Shown here in pieces: positions 28,146-38,371 of a stretch of DNA of 64,000 nt. The notes under the pieces were generated by a model that saw only the letters and a program-made list of their open reading frames with translations, searched no databases and was not told the origin of the DNA. The stretch lies in NCBI GenBank assembly GCA_017608045.1, contig JAFCGN010000001.1, forward strand, positions 12,241 to 76,240, read 5' to 3'. Position 1 is the first letter of the stretch, and the number at the start of each line of letters is the position of its first letter. The stretch comes from Candidatus Parvarchaeota archaeon (GTDB taxonomy: Archaea; Nanobdellota; Nanobdellia; JAFCGN01). The translations under genes were made by a program, and so were the position numbers.

Positions 28146-29227
28146 TTTTTATGGAAGAAGGAATGTATAAACTAAAAAAATTGCTAAAAGAATTAGAAAA
28201 ATACAGAGGAAGGCATACAGAATTAATCAGTGTTTATGTTCCGCAAGGATACAACTTAAACTTAATACAAACACAATTATTTCAAGAACAAGGCACTGCT
28301 TCAAACATTAAAAGCAGTACAACAAGAAAAAATGTAATTAATGCTCTTGGAAAAATACTTCAAGAATTAAAATTATATAAAAGCAATATGCCTAATGGCA
28401 TGGCAATTTTCTGTGGAAATGTTGGTGATAAAGGAGAATTAAAACTCTGGGTTCTTGAACCTCCAAAACCATTAAAAATAAAATTATACAGATGCGATCA
28501 AACATTTATTCTTGAACCTTTAAAAGAAATGTTAAGAAGTGATAAAGTTTATGGACTAATTGTAATGGATAACCAAAGTGCTGCTATTGGAATCTTAAAC
28601 GGAAAGTCAATAATTGTAGAAAAAGAAATGAATTCCCTTGTTCCAGGAAAGTACAGAGCAGGCGGACAAAGTGCTGCACGTTTTGAAAGAGTAAGAGAAA
28701 ATTTAAAAAAAAGTTGGTATAAAGACCTCATGGAACAAGCATTAAACATATTCAATAATGAAAAAAATTTAAAAGGAATTCTTGTTGGAGGGCCTGGACC
28801 TACAAAAAATAATTTCGTTGAAATAATGCCTCAATATTTAAAGAAAAAAATTATTGGAACTGTAGATATTGGGTATGCAGATGCAAGCGGATTAAATGAA
28901 TTAGTTAATCAAAGTAAAGACTTGCTTGAACAAGAAGAAATAATGCAAGAAAAAAAAATACTTAAAGAGTTTTTTTATAAATTAGCAAAAAATCCAAATT
29001 TAGTAACCTATGGAGAAAAACAAACAATGAATGCATTAAAATCAGGTGCAGTAAGTAAAGTTCTTTTAAGTGAAGAAGTTGATGAAAAAACAATTGAAAT
29101 TTTTGAAAAAGAAATTAAAAATTATGGTTCAGAACTTGCAATAATTAGTGTTGATACAAGCGAGGGAAAACAATTTTATCAGATTGGAGGAATTGGCGCA
29201 TTTTTAAGATACGAAGTAGGGGTTTAA
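28142..29227 (+). CDS. prf1: peptide chain release factor aRF1
   Basis: NIKS motif (TASNIKSSTTRKN) and GGQ motif (RAGGQSAARFERV); start may be an internal Met (28151 or 28163); overlaps the valS stop by 4 nt. Confidence 0.9.
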   Translation: MIFMEEGMYKLKKLLKELEKYRGRHTELISVYVPQGYNLNLIQTQLFQEQGTASNIKSSTTRKNVINALGKILQELKLYKSNMPNGMAIFCGNVGDKGELKLWVLEPPKPLKIKLYRCDQTFILEPLKEMLRSDKVYGLIVMDNQSAAIGILNGKSIIVEKEMNSLVPGKYRAGGQSAARFERVRENLKKSWYKDLMEQALNIFNNEKNLKGILVGGPGPTKNNFVEIMPQYLKKKIIGTVDIGYADASGLNELVNQSKDLLEQEEIMQEKKILKEFFYKLAKNPNLVTYGEKQTMNALKSGAVSKVLLSEEVDEKTIEIFEKEIKNYGSELAIISVDTSEGKQFYQIGGIGAFLRYEVGV

Positions 29228-29241
29228 AGCAAAGCAGGGTT

Positions 29242-29778
29242 TTAAAGCCTTCTATTAATGAATAAAGAACGCTGAGTCATCCAATCAATCATTCTAAAAT
29301 CCTTATTACCTACGAAGTAATAACCAGGAATTTTAATTGATGTTCTTCTCTTATTCCATAAAGCTGGAAAAGAATAGTATGAGGTTAATGCTTGAACATG
29401 ACGACTAAGGTACTCCTTAGGTATTTGATTATGTCTTCCTGCATTAAAAAAACCAACACCCAGTAATTCATCAGTGTCTAATTTCAAAGTACCTTTTGCT
29501 TCAAGAACATAAATATCATGAACGCACACATTACCATGAAAAGTAAATGCTTTTCGTGCTGTTGATTTAAGAGCTTTTAATCCAAATTCCTCATCAACTT
29601 CCCTGACAACAGTATCAAGAGTACTTTTATCCTTCTTTGAATCAAACTGACCTCCAGGCAAAAAATACTCCTTATTAATGCGCTGCAAGCCAAGAATAAT
29701 ACTATTATAGGTTCTTTTAGTGCTCTTACTCTTATAAGGAAAATGAATAATTGCTCTACCAGTACGAATTTTTAACAT
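29242..29778 (-). CDS. NUDIX-like hydrolase (divergent Nudix box)
   Basis: REVDEEFGL matches the REUxEExGU core of the Nudix box; the upstream Gx5E part is degenerate. Confidence 0.45.
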   Translation of the reverse strand: MLKIRTGRAIIHFPYKSKSTKRTYNSIILGLQRINKEYFLPGGQFDSKKDKSTLDTVVREVDEEFGLKALKSTARKAFTFHGNVCVHDIYVLEAKGTLKLDTDELLGVGFFNAGRHNQIPKEYLSRHVQALTSYYSFPALWNKRRTSIKIPGYYFVGNKDFRMIDWMTQRSLFINRRL

Positions 29779-29909
29779 ACAATAATAATGAAATTAAGGA
29801 TTTAAAAAACTTTCTATTTTTTTATCACTAATAAGTAGTTTAATTTACAATTTTTTTCTTGTGTTCAATAACAACAAATATTTATAGTAATTTCCTTTTC
29901 CTATTATTT

Positions 29910-31400
29910 ATGCTTTGTGAAGGAGAGATTATTTTTAATTTAACAAAAAAGATTAATAAAAAAATTATTTCAGAATTAAAAAGAGTAATTCAAGAGTATA
30001 ATAAGAAGAAAGGTGAAAAAACAAAAAACAATTTTGATAATTCTAAAATCATTATTAAAATTAAAAGTGAAAATCAAACAATAACAGATTATGCCTTAAG
30101 TTTAAACAAAAAATTAAAAGAGTTTTTAGGAAGAAATTATAAAATAGGTGTGAAATCTTTCAAAATCAAGAATTATAAAGTAAGTATTAATTTAGACAAA
30201 AAAGCATTAAAAATACCAAAAATCCCATTTATAAATAAAATAGAAATAAAAGAAAAAAAAGCAGTGATTTTTTACAAAGAAATTAGTGAAGATTTTGTAA
30301 AAAACAACAATGTTGAAAGAACAATAAAATTAGTAAATGAAAAAGTGAAAAAACAATATTATGAAGGCAAAAGCGAACATCATGAAATTATTTATTCTTC
30401 ACCAAAAAGAAATCCTGTTTGGAATAAAAATCCAACAGAAGAAATGATTAAACAAAATTGGATAATACAAGGACCTACTAAAGGAAAATGGATATACAGG
30501 CCTCAAGCAACAGCAATATTAAGGGCAATGGAAAACATTGTTTTAAATGAAATTCTTAAACCACTTGGGTTTGTTGAAATTATTAATTCAAATATTATAA
30601 GTGGAGAAAAAATATGGAATAAAACAGGACATCTTGCAGGCATGCCCATGGAATTATATTATGTTGCTGAACCAATAAGTAGAGACCCAAAAATATGGGA
30701 GGAATTTATTGATGAATTAAAAATAACAAAAAAAATACCTTATGAAAAATTTAAAAAATTAGTAAAAATTAACCCTTTACAAGGATTAACATACGCACAA
30801 TGTCCTATTTTCTATTGGTCTCTTAGAGGAAAAGTAATAAAAGATTCAACACTACCGTTAAAAGTTTTTGAAAGAAAGACAAACAGTTTCAGATATGAAT
30901 CAGGCGGGAGGCATGGAATTGAAAGAGTGGATGAATTTCATAGAATAGAAATTGTTTATATTGGAACTAAAAAACAATTAATAGAATTAAGAGAAAAACT
31001 AATGGAAAAATACAAAAAAATTTTTAATGAAATTCTTGAAATTGAGTGGAGAACTGCATGGGTAATGCCTTTTTACCTTCAACAAGCAGGTGAAATAAAA
31101 GAAGACTTTAAAGATAAAATTTATGGAACTATGGATTATGAAGCTTGGCTCCCTTATAGAGGTAGTAGAGAAAAGAGTGAATGGCTTGAATTTCAAAACA
31201 TAAGTATTGTTGGAAATAAATATGTGGATGCATTTAATATAAAAGGACAAAAGGAAAAACTAATCAGTGGATGTTCAGGTGTTGGACTTGAAAGATGGGT
31301 AGCAGTGTTTCTTGCACAAAAAGGTTTAGACCCAAAAAAATGGCCTAAAGGGTTTAAAAAATATTTACCAAAAATACCTAAAGGATTTGAATTTTTATAA
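29910..31400 (+). CDS. serS: class II aminoacyl-tRNA synthetase, probable atypical (methanogen-type) seryl-tRNA synthetase
   Basis: Motif-2-like SFRYESGGRHGIERVDEFHRIE (fRxE...G..R...F...E) and motif-3-like ISGCSGVGLERWVAVFLAQKG. The Cys...Glu...Cys spacing (AQCPIFYW, RYESGG, SGCSG) fits the zinc site of methanogen-type SerRS. The track start at 29859 is hydrophobic; ATG 29910 is more plausible. Confidence 0.5.
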   Translation: MLCEGEIIFNLTKKINKKIISELKRVIQEYNKKKGEKTKNNFDNSKIIIKIKSENQTITDYALSLNKKLKEFLGRNYKIGVKSFKIKNYKVSINLDKKALKIPKIPFINKIEIKEKKAVIFYKEISEDFVKNNNVERTIKLVNEKVKKQYYEGKSEHHEIIYSSPKRNPVWNKNPTEEMIKQNWIIQGPTKGKWIYRPQATAILRAMENIVLNEILKPLGFVEIINSNIISGEKIWNKTGHLAGMPMELYYVAEPISRDPKIWEEFIDELKITKKIPYEKFKKLVKINPLQGLTYAQCPIFYWSLRGKVIKDSTLPLKVFERKTNSFRYESGGRHGIERVDEFHRIEIVYIGTKKQLIELREKLMEKYKKIFNEILEIEWRTAWVMPFYLQQAGEIKEDFKDKIYGTMDYEAWLPYRGSREKSEWLEFQNISIVGNKYVDAFNIKGQKEKLISGCSGVGLERWVAVFLAQKGLDPKKWPKGFKKYLPKIPKGFEFL

Positions 31401-31410
31401 AAACAATAAC

Positions 31411-31803
31411 TTATTTTTTCTGTTGCATTATATTTTTTCCAAGAACATTCCAGTAAATAACACTGTCTCCTTCTGAAAGGTTTTCTCTTAATTCTTCAGG
31501 TATTTCCATTTCAAAGGTTTCATAACTTTCAGTATCCATAACGCTTGCTGTATTTCCTGAAATGCTTAAAATTTGTGCAGTTCTCTTGTCAATATGCGGA
31601 ACATCAACTTTTGTATGACTGCTTGTAACAATAACCTTTTTTTTACCTGTAAAAACACTCACTGCAGCAATGCGGTATTTTGTATGCCCATGTTTTCCTG
31701 TTTTGCTTCTTGCAACATCAACAACTTTGCATGGTTCTCCATCAAGAACTAAGTATTTTCCTGTTTTAGCAACTTCTCCAATTTCTACTTGTCTTGTTGT
31801 CAT
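31411..31803 (-). CDS. eif5a: translation initiation factor 5A (aIF-5A)
   Basis: Hypusine loop SKTGKHGHTKYR; 130 aa. Confidence 0.9.
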   Translation of the reverse strand: MTTRQVEIGEVAKTGKYLVLDGEPCKVVDVARSKTGKHGHTKYRIAAVSVFTGKKKVIVTSSHTKVDVPHIDKRTAQILSISGNTASVMDTESYETFEMEIPEELRENLSEGDSVIYWNVLGKNIMQQKK

Positions 31804-31867
31804 AAGAAAAAATCATAAATTAATACCTTAAAAAACTTATGCTTTTTTGTTTTAGTAATTAACTATT

Positions 31868-34537
31868 TTAATCTTTTAATAATAAAGGTTTGAGCATATC
31901 AATTATTGTGATTGCTATAAAATCAAAGAAAAAAATAACAAGCCAATCAATACCGCTTAAACCTACTGTTTTAAAAATTGGTTGCATAAACGGGACATAA
32001 ATAACAAATAATTGCAATACAAGTGAAAGCATTACTGCAGCAAACATTTGAAGATTTTCAAAAGGATTAGTTCTAAACATTGATTGTCGTTCTTTTCTTA
32101 TTGAAAAAGCAAAAAATAATTCTAAAAGCATGCTTTCTGTAAAAACAATTGTTCTTGCTTTATTAATTGAAAATTTTAATCCATAATATAAATAAACAAA
32201 AAAAGTTGCAAAAAAATCAATTAATCCTGCTATTAAAGCAAATTTTATTATTGATTTTAAAAGATTTTTTCTTGGATCTCTCGGCTGTCTTTTCATTATT
32301 TCTTTTTCTTCTCTTTCAACACCTAAAGCCAAAGCTGGTAGACCATCTGTTACTAAATTAAGCCATAAAATTTGGATTGGAATAAAAGGTATTGGAATTT
32401 TTAACAAAAAAGCAGTTAAAACAAGAAAAATTTCATCAAAATTGCTTGTAAGAAGAAAAATAATAAATTTTTTAATATTGCTAAAAATATGTCTTCCTTC
32501 TTCAATTGCATTAACAATTGTGCTAAAATTATCATCCACTAAAATCATATCACTTGCTGATTTTGCAACATCAGTTCCTTTAATATTCATAGCAATTCCA
32601 ATATCCGCATTTTCTATAGCAGGAGCATCATTTATACCATCTCCTGTCATTGCAATAATATTCTTGTTTTTACTTCTTAATGCCTGTAAAATTTTTACTT
32701 TGTGTTCAGGATTTACTCTTGCAAAAATGTTCACATTCTCCAATGCTTTTTTTAATTCATTTGCGTTCATATTATCTAAATCTTCTCCTGTCAAAGAACC
32801 TTCACTTTCAATTCCAACTTCTTCTGCTATTGCTTCTGCTGTAAGTTTGTAATCTCCTGTAATCATTATAACTCTAATACCTGCTTCTTTACAAATTTTC
32901 AAACTTTCTTTAACTTCTTTCCTTGGAGGGTCTATCATGCCCTGCATTCCAACAAAAACAATTTCTTTTTCAACATTTTCTGAACTAAATTTATGCATAT
33001 TTTTAGGAATTTTTTTATAACCCATGCCTAAAATCCTTAATGCATCTCCTGCAAAATTATTTATAATTTTTTTAATTTCTTCTTTTTGTTTTCTTGTTAT
33101 TTTTTTTTCTTTACCATCTATTAAAATCTTGTTAGAAAGTTCAAGAATAACATCTGGAGCGCCTTTTATAAATGCTGTTTTTTTTCCACCAATAGAATAT
33201 ATTTTTGTCATTCGTTTTCTTTTACTATCAAAAGGTATTTCAAAAATCATTTTATGTTTTTTAATATCGTCTTCTGTAAATCCTGCTTTCCTTGCTGAAA
33301 CAACTAACGCCCCTTCTGTGGGATCACCTATAATTTTCCACTTATCCTCTTCTTTAACAAGACTTGAATTATTGCAAAAATATCCTATTTCCAAGGTTTT
33401 TTTTAAATTAACTTCTTTTAAAACATCAATTTTTTCTTCATTAAAAATAAAATCTCCTTCAGGAGTATAACCAACCCCTTCTACAAAATAAGTTTTATTA
33501 TTCGTCCATATTTTCTTAACACTCATTTCATTTTTTGTTAAAGTACCAGTTTTATCAGTGCAAATTATATTCACGCTTCCAAGAGTTTCAACAGAATATA
33601 ATCTCCTAACAATAGCATTCCTTTTACTCATTCTTTGAACGCCTATTGCAAGAGTTAAAGTAATAACTGCAGGCAATCCTTCAGGTATAGCTGAAACCGC
33701 TAATGAAATACTCATAATAAACATTTCAATCCAATTATGATTGATTAAATCACCAACAATAAACAAAACAATTGAAAGAAAAACAACAATAATGCCAACA
33801 GATTTAGAAAATTTATCAAGACTCTGTTGAAGAATTGTTTTTTTTGGTTTTGCTTCACTAATAAGCTTGCTAATTTTTCCAACTTGCGTTTCATTCCCAA
33901 TTTTTACAACAACACCTAATCCATTACCATAAGTAATTATTGTACCGCTAAAACACATATTTTTTTGATTAGCAATACTCACATTCTCTTTTGAAATTTT
34001 TTTACTTATTTTTTTAACACTCGTGCTTTCTCCTGTTAATATGCTTTCATCAACTTTCAAATTGTTTGATTTAATAATTCTTAAATCAGCAGGAACAATA
34101 TTCCCTTCTTCAAGAACAACAATATCTCCAATTGTGATTTCTTCTGATGATATCTCTCTTCTAATACCATCTCGTATAACTATTGCTTTCGGACTTGCTA
34201 ATTCTTTTAAAGCATCAATTGCTTTCTCTGCCTTATATTCTTGAAAAAAACCAAGCACAGCATTTAAAATTAAAATCACACCAATAACAATACTATCGCT
34301 TAATTCTCCAATAAGAAATGAAACTACACTTGCTATTATTAAAAGTAAAACAAGAAAATTAGTAAATTGATTTAAAAATATTTTTAAAGGTGTTATTTTT
34401 TTCTTCACAGTTATTTTGTTTAACCCATACTTTTCAATTCTTTGTTTAACTTGCTCTTCATTCAAACCATTTTTTGTAGTTTCTAATTTTTCAAAAATTT
34501 CGGTATATGATAAAGCATATGGATTTTTTAATAACAT
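31868..34537 (-). CDS. P-type cation-transporting ATPase (type IIA, Ca2+-ATPase-like)
   Basis: DKTGTLT phosphorylation site, KGAPD, TGDGINDAPAL hinge motif, about 10 TM helices; 889 aa. Confidence 0.9.
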   Translation of the reverse strand: MLLKNPYALSYTEIFEKLETTKNGLNEEQVKQRIEKYGLNKITVKKKITPLKIFLNQFTNFLVLLLIIASVVSFLIGELSDSIVIGVILILNAVLGFFQEYKAEKAIDALKELASPKAIVIRDGIRREISSEEITIGDIVVLEEGNIVPADLRIIKSNNLKVDESILTGESTSVKKISKKISKENVSIANQKNMCFSGTIITYGNGLGVVVKIGNETQVGKISKLISEAKPKKTILQQSLDKFSKSVGIIVVFLSIVLFIVGDLINHNWIEMFIMSISLAVSAIPEGLPAVITLTLAIGVQRMSKRNAIVRRLYSVETLGSVNIICTDKTGTLTKNEMSVKKIWTNNKTYFVEGVGYTPEGDFIFNEEKIDVLKEVNLKKTLEIGYFCNNSSLVKEEDKWKIIGDPTEGALVVSARKAGFTEDDIKKHKMIFEIPFDSKRKRMTKIYSIGGKKTAFIKGAPDVILELSNKILIDGKEKKITRKQKEEIKKIINNFAGDALRILGMGYKKIPKNMHKFSSENVEKEIVFVGMQGMIDPPRKEVKESLKICKEAGIRVIMITGDYKLTAEAIAEEVGIESEGSLTGEDLDNMNANELKKALENVNIFARVNPEHKVKILQALRSKNKNIIAMTGDGINDAPAIENADIGIAMNIKGTDVAKSASDMILVDDNFSTIVNAIEEGRHIFSNIKKFIIFLLTSNFDEIFLVLTAFLLKIPIPFIPIQILWLNLVTDGLPALALGVEREEKEIMKRQPRDPRKNLLKSIIKFALIAGLIDFFATFFVYLYYGLKFSINKARTIVFTESMLLELFFAFSIRKERQSMFRTNPFENLQMFAAVMLSLVLQLFVIYVPFMQPIFKTVGLSGIDWLVIFFFDFIAITIIDMLKPLLLKD

Positions 34538-34589
34538 ATTTTAAAATAAGAATAATTTAATTATTAATACTTTCTTAAATTTTAAAGCA

Positions 34590-35156
34590 CTATTCTAATA
34601 AGTTCATCATTTTATTAATCTGTTTAATAAATTGAACATATAATTCCTTATTTATTTTACCTTCAGCCCATTCCTTAAGTTTAGAACATCTAATCAAAAG
34701 TTTATTGTTTATTTTAATTCTATCATGTGCTAAATAAGTATTTTTTTTTCTTTGAAAATCCATTATTTGAGTGTAAAGTTTTTTTAATTGAAGTCTTAAT
34801 TCTTTTTTCCAATCAATATTAATATTCCTTTTTCCTATTTTTTCTAATTTCTCATTTTGTTTTTTATCAAGTTGAACAAATTCCACATAAGGTCCTGTAG
34901 TATAATAAACTCTTTCAGTTTCACCACCCCAAGTATAATTGCCAAACTCTTTTTTTACTTCAATTAAAACAAATTCACCTTCAATAACACCTTTTTTTAA
35001 ATTATAATAAACATTTCTTATTTTTGTATCGCCAAATAATTCTTTGTAAAGTTTATAAATTTCATAACCATAAGAATAATTGATTTTATCAAGCAAAACA
35101 CCTATTCTTTTTCTCATTTTATTTCCTATAGGCCTGCCCCTCATTAAAACCACCAA
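34590..35156 (-). CDS. hypothetical protein with PadR-like winged-helix N-terminal region
   Basis: GYEIYKLYKELFG...IRNVYYNLKKGVIEGEF resembles the PadR wHTH pattern; low certainty. Confidence 0.35.
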   Translation of the reverse strand: MVVLMRGRPIGNKMRKRIGVLLDKINYSYGYEIYKLYKELFGDTKIRNVYYNLKKGVIEGEFVLIEVKKEFGNYTWGGETERVYYTTGPYVEFVQLDKKQNEKLEKIGKRNINIDWKKELRLQLKKLYTQIMDFQRKKNTYLAHDRIKINNKLLIRCSKLKEWAEGKINKELYVQFIKQINKMMNLLE

Positions 35157-35230
35157 TTAATTTTCATTATTGAAAAAAATTAATTGTTTTTATTAAACTT
35201 TTATATTCTTAGTTAATTAAATTGCGTTAA

Positions 35231-36361
35231 TTAAATTATTTCTTCGCTTACTGTAAAAGAACTTTCCTCTTTCTTAAATAAAGAATCTTGTGCTGCATTT
35301 ATCTGGTTTTCATTCTTATTGAAATTATTTTCTTCAATACTTTCTACAAAATCTTTTAAAGCTTGATTTAAATCAAAATTTGTTTTTAAACCCCTTACTC
35401 TTAACTCAAGATTTCCTGAAAAATCATTTTTAACAACTCTTGCTTGAACAATTACTTGCAAACCCAATAATTTTGGCTCTTTAAGTTTTATTATATACAA
35501 ATCATCATCCGCTTCTTTTGATCTGTTAAAAACTTCATTCCCATTAGAACCTAATAATTTCTCAGCATTATTTCCAAAAAAAACAGTTCTTATTGTAGCT
35601 GTGCCATCATCAAGAACAAGACTTAAAACTAAATTATAAACAGGCGATTTAACACCATGAACAGGACAAACCCATTGCTCATCTTCTTTTTTTAACCTCT
35701 TGCCACATTCAGGGCATATTTCAAAAAAGGGTTTTCTTTGTTCAACTTTAACAATAGTGCCTAATACTTCAACTAATTCATTCTCTTTAATATCAGATAT
35801 CTTCTTTTTAATAAAAGAAGAAGACTGAATTGCACTTGCTTCTGGAAGTTCTGGTGCATCATTCGGATTTAAAACTAACAGAGATTGATTTCTCAAATGA
35901 ACTTCTATACCACTAAAAGGGTTTTCTTTCACATAAGAGTTTGTTATTTTAATTACATCATTTGGTTTTAATTCCCCATCTTCCAACATTTTAACTCTAT
36001 GATCCCAAATAACAACTCTGCAAGAACCTGTTTCATCAAAAGCAATTAAATTTCCAACCTTGTTTTTTTGATTATTTCTCTCAAACTCACGTGTTCCTAA
36101 AATTCTTTGCACTCTTAAAAAAATAGAAACATTTCTTAAACCAGGTTTTAATTCATTCACTTTAAAAAACCCTGATTTTTGAGCATCAGTTGTTAAAGAA
36201 ACTCCTAATTCATTAGCTACAATATAAGCTGCACCTTGTTCACTCACTAAATTTGATAATGCATTTATTTTTTGCTTTATTTTTTCTCTTACTATGCTCT
36301 CATCAATATTTTTTTCTTCAATTATTTTTTTAATTATATCCTCAACTGTTAAATTAAACAT
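35231..36361 (-). CDS. rpa: replication protein A (ssDNA-binding OB-fold protein) with C4 zinc ribbon
   Basis: OB-fold-like repeats and zinc ribbon CPECGKRLKKEDEQWVCPVHG typical of archaeal RPA. The track ORF has a hydrophobic N-terminal extension; M20 (MFNLTVEDIIKKI, codon 36359-36361) is the plausible start. Confidence 0.65.
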   Translation of the reverse strand: MFNLTVEDIIKKIIEEKNIDESIVREKIKQKINALSNLVSEQGAAYIVANELGVSLTTDAQKSGFFKVNELKPGLRNVSIFLRVQRILGTREFERNNQKNKVGNLIAFDETGSCRVVIWDHRVKMLEDGELKPNDVIKITNSYVKENPFSGIEVHLRNQSLLVLNPNDAPELPEASAIQSSSFIKKKISDIKENELVEVLGTIVKVEQRKPFFEICPECGKRLKKEDEQWVCPVHGVKSPVYNLVLSLVLDDGTATIRTVFFGNNAEKLLGSNGNEVFNRSKEADDDLYIIKLKEPKLLGLQVIVQARVVKNDFSGNLELRVRGLKTNFDLNQALKDFVESIEENNFNKNENQINAAQDSLFKKEESSFTVSEEII

Positions 36362-36465
36362 AAAAATAAAACAAAACATATTACTTAAAAAGAATATTGT
36401 AATAAAAAGCACAAACAAAAAAAATTTAGTAAAACTTATAATAAATTCTTTTTAAGTTAAAAATT

Positions 36466-36894
36466 ATGAAATACTTAAAAGGTGCTTTGTTATCTGCATT
36501 AAATGGAAGAGAATTAGAAATAAATCATTTTATCACAACCAATAATTTAAAAAATAAAGAAAATTCAGTCAATTATTTTATCACAGAATCAACAAAAAAA
36601 CAAATTTATGACATTATGCATATAAGTGTATTAGCAGGTCCTAAGAATGGTTGGATATTAATTCAGAATAATTTGGAATTCAAAGATTTAATTAATTTAG
36701 AAGAAGCACTTTTATGTGAAAACAATAGTTTTTTAAAACTTGCAGAAGAAAATTTAAAAAAAGAAAATAAAGAATTAGCACTTAAACTAATAAGTTATGC
36801 AGATTCTTACATAATTAAAAATAAATTATTATCTAATGGTGGATTATGCAATTTATATTTAAAAGAAAAAAATAGAATCTTTAATTCTCACTAA
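36466..36894 (+). CDS. hypothetical protein
   Basis: 142-aa ORF, no motif recognised; 3' end overlaps the convergent DP1 gene by 14 nt. Confidence 0.4.
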   Translation: MKYLKGALLSALNGRELEINHFITTNNLKNKENSVNYFITESTKKQIYDIMHISVLAGPKNGWILIQNNLEFKDLINLEEALLCENNSFLKLAEENLKKENKELALKLISYADSYIIKNKLLSNGGLCNLYLKEKNRIFNSH

Positions 36895-38359
36895 AATTCA
36901 TAATAGTGATTTTCCTTGTTTTTAAATTAATTATAGGCACTCTTGCAGGCTCTGGATGATGTCCTACTTTCTCTTGAAATGTAGTTCTTGATTGAAAACA
37001 ACTTGAACAAACATTTATTATATTCTTATAAGTCCCCACCTTAGATTTATGTATATGACCGCTTATAAAAATATCAGGGACTTTTTGAATAACTAAATGA
37101 TCATAATTCATTGGAACAATAGGATTTCCTTGATGAACAGGAGTTAAATGCCTTTTTTTTAATAAAAATTTCATTAATTCATCAACAGCATCATAACCTC
37201 CTGCATTTCTTATTCTCTCAATATTATTTGCATAATAATCATAAGAATAACCATGATATCCTAACACTTTAAACCCATCAAATCCATCAATATGGTGTAT
37301 ATTAACAGTATAAGGATTTGAAACTAAGATAACATTTTTCATATCATACAATGATTGTATAAATTCTTTATTAATAATAGGTTGCGGTTCTGCTAATCTA
37401 ACTGCATCATGATTGCCAGGACTTATTATGATTTTAATATATTCAGGTATTTGTGAAATATAGTTTGAAAAAACTTCATATTGTTTATAAATATCTTTGA
37501 TATTGAGTTCTTTTTCTTGTGCAGGATAAATTCCCACACCATCAACTAAATCACCAACTATGAAAATATATCTTACTTTTTTAGCCATTTCTTTGTGCTT
37601 TTCACTCCCTATTTTTCCATTAACCCAATCAATAAATCTTTGAAATTCATTTTCAAGAAACATTTTAGAACCAATATGTATATCACTAATAAAAACAGCA
37701 TTAACATCATCAGGCGAATACTTTTGTTCAAAATTAGGTATGTCTGGAAAAATTATGTTATTTGCAAAAATAAAATTATTATTTTTAATACCTACAACAC
37801 CTATTACTTCATCAAGAACAATGTCATTAGCATATGAAAACAAGTTTTTATTACGAGAAGTTATTATAACATTAATTTCACCTGTTTGGTCTTCAATAAC
37901 AAGAAGAAAATTATTCTTCTTAGTTTTTTTAATATCTCTTACAATACCAATAGTTGAAATATTTTCATTATTTGGAGAAGATAACACTCTACTAATTGTA
38001 AAACATCCATTAAGTTCTGGCCTTGCTTTAAGGAAATCTCTTATTTGCTCATATCTATTATTATAATGCAACACCCAATCCTTAAGCTCTAATTTATGCT
38101 TCTCAGGTTTAAAAGAATGAATTATTTCAACATTTGAATCGCTTTCACTCTGAGGTTCAATCTTTTGCTTTTTTATAACAATAACAGGTTTTGTATTAAA
38201 ATTATTAACTTCATCAAGAGTTACAAGTTTAATATTTTTTTTATCCAAATAATCAAAAAATGCATTAAAATCAAAATTATCCCAATTAAAATTTACTAAA
38301 GATGCATCAACAAGATAACCCTTACTGCTAAATAATTTAATTACACTCTGCAATTGCAT
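36881..38359 (-). CDS. dp1: DNA polymerase D small subunit DP1 (calcineurin-like phosphoesterase / 3'-5' exonuclease)
   Basis: Phosphoesterase motifs FISDIHIGSKMF, IFIVGDLVDGVG, ISPGNHD and GHIH; about 490 aa; adjacent to orc1 and the origin. Confidence 0.85.
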   Translation of the reverse strand: MQLQSVIKLFSSKGYLVDASLVNFNWDNFDFNAFFDYLDKKNIKLVTLDEVNNFNTKPVIVIKKQKIEPQSESDSNVEIIHSFKPEKHKLELKDWVLHYNNRYEQIRDFLKARPELNGCFTISRVLSSPNNENISTIGIVRDIKKTKKNNFLLVIEDQTGEINVIITSRNKNLFSYANDIVLDEVIGVVGIKNNNFIFANNIIFPDIPNFEQKYSPDDVNAVFISDIHIGSKMFLENEFQRFIDWVNGKIGSEKHKEMAKKVRYIFIVGDLVDGVGIYPAQEKELNIKDIYKQYEVFSNYISQIPEYIKIIISPGNHDAVRLAEPQPIINKEFIQSLYDMKNVILVSNPYTVNIHHIDGFDGFKVLGYHGYSYDYYANNIERIRNAGGYDAVDELMKFLLKKRHLTPVHQGNPIVPMNYDHLVIQKVPDIFISGHIHKSKVGTYKNIINVCSSCFQSRTTFQEKVGHHPEPARVPIINLKTRKITIMNFSEN

Positions 38360-38371
38360 AATAAAACCTCT

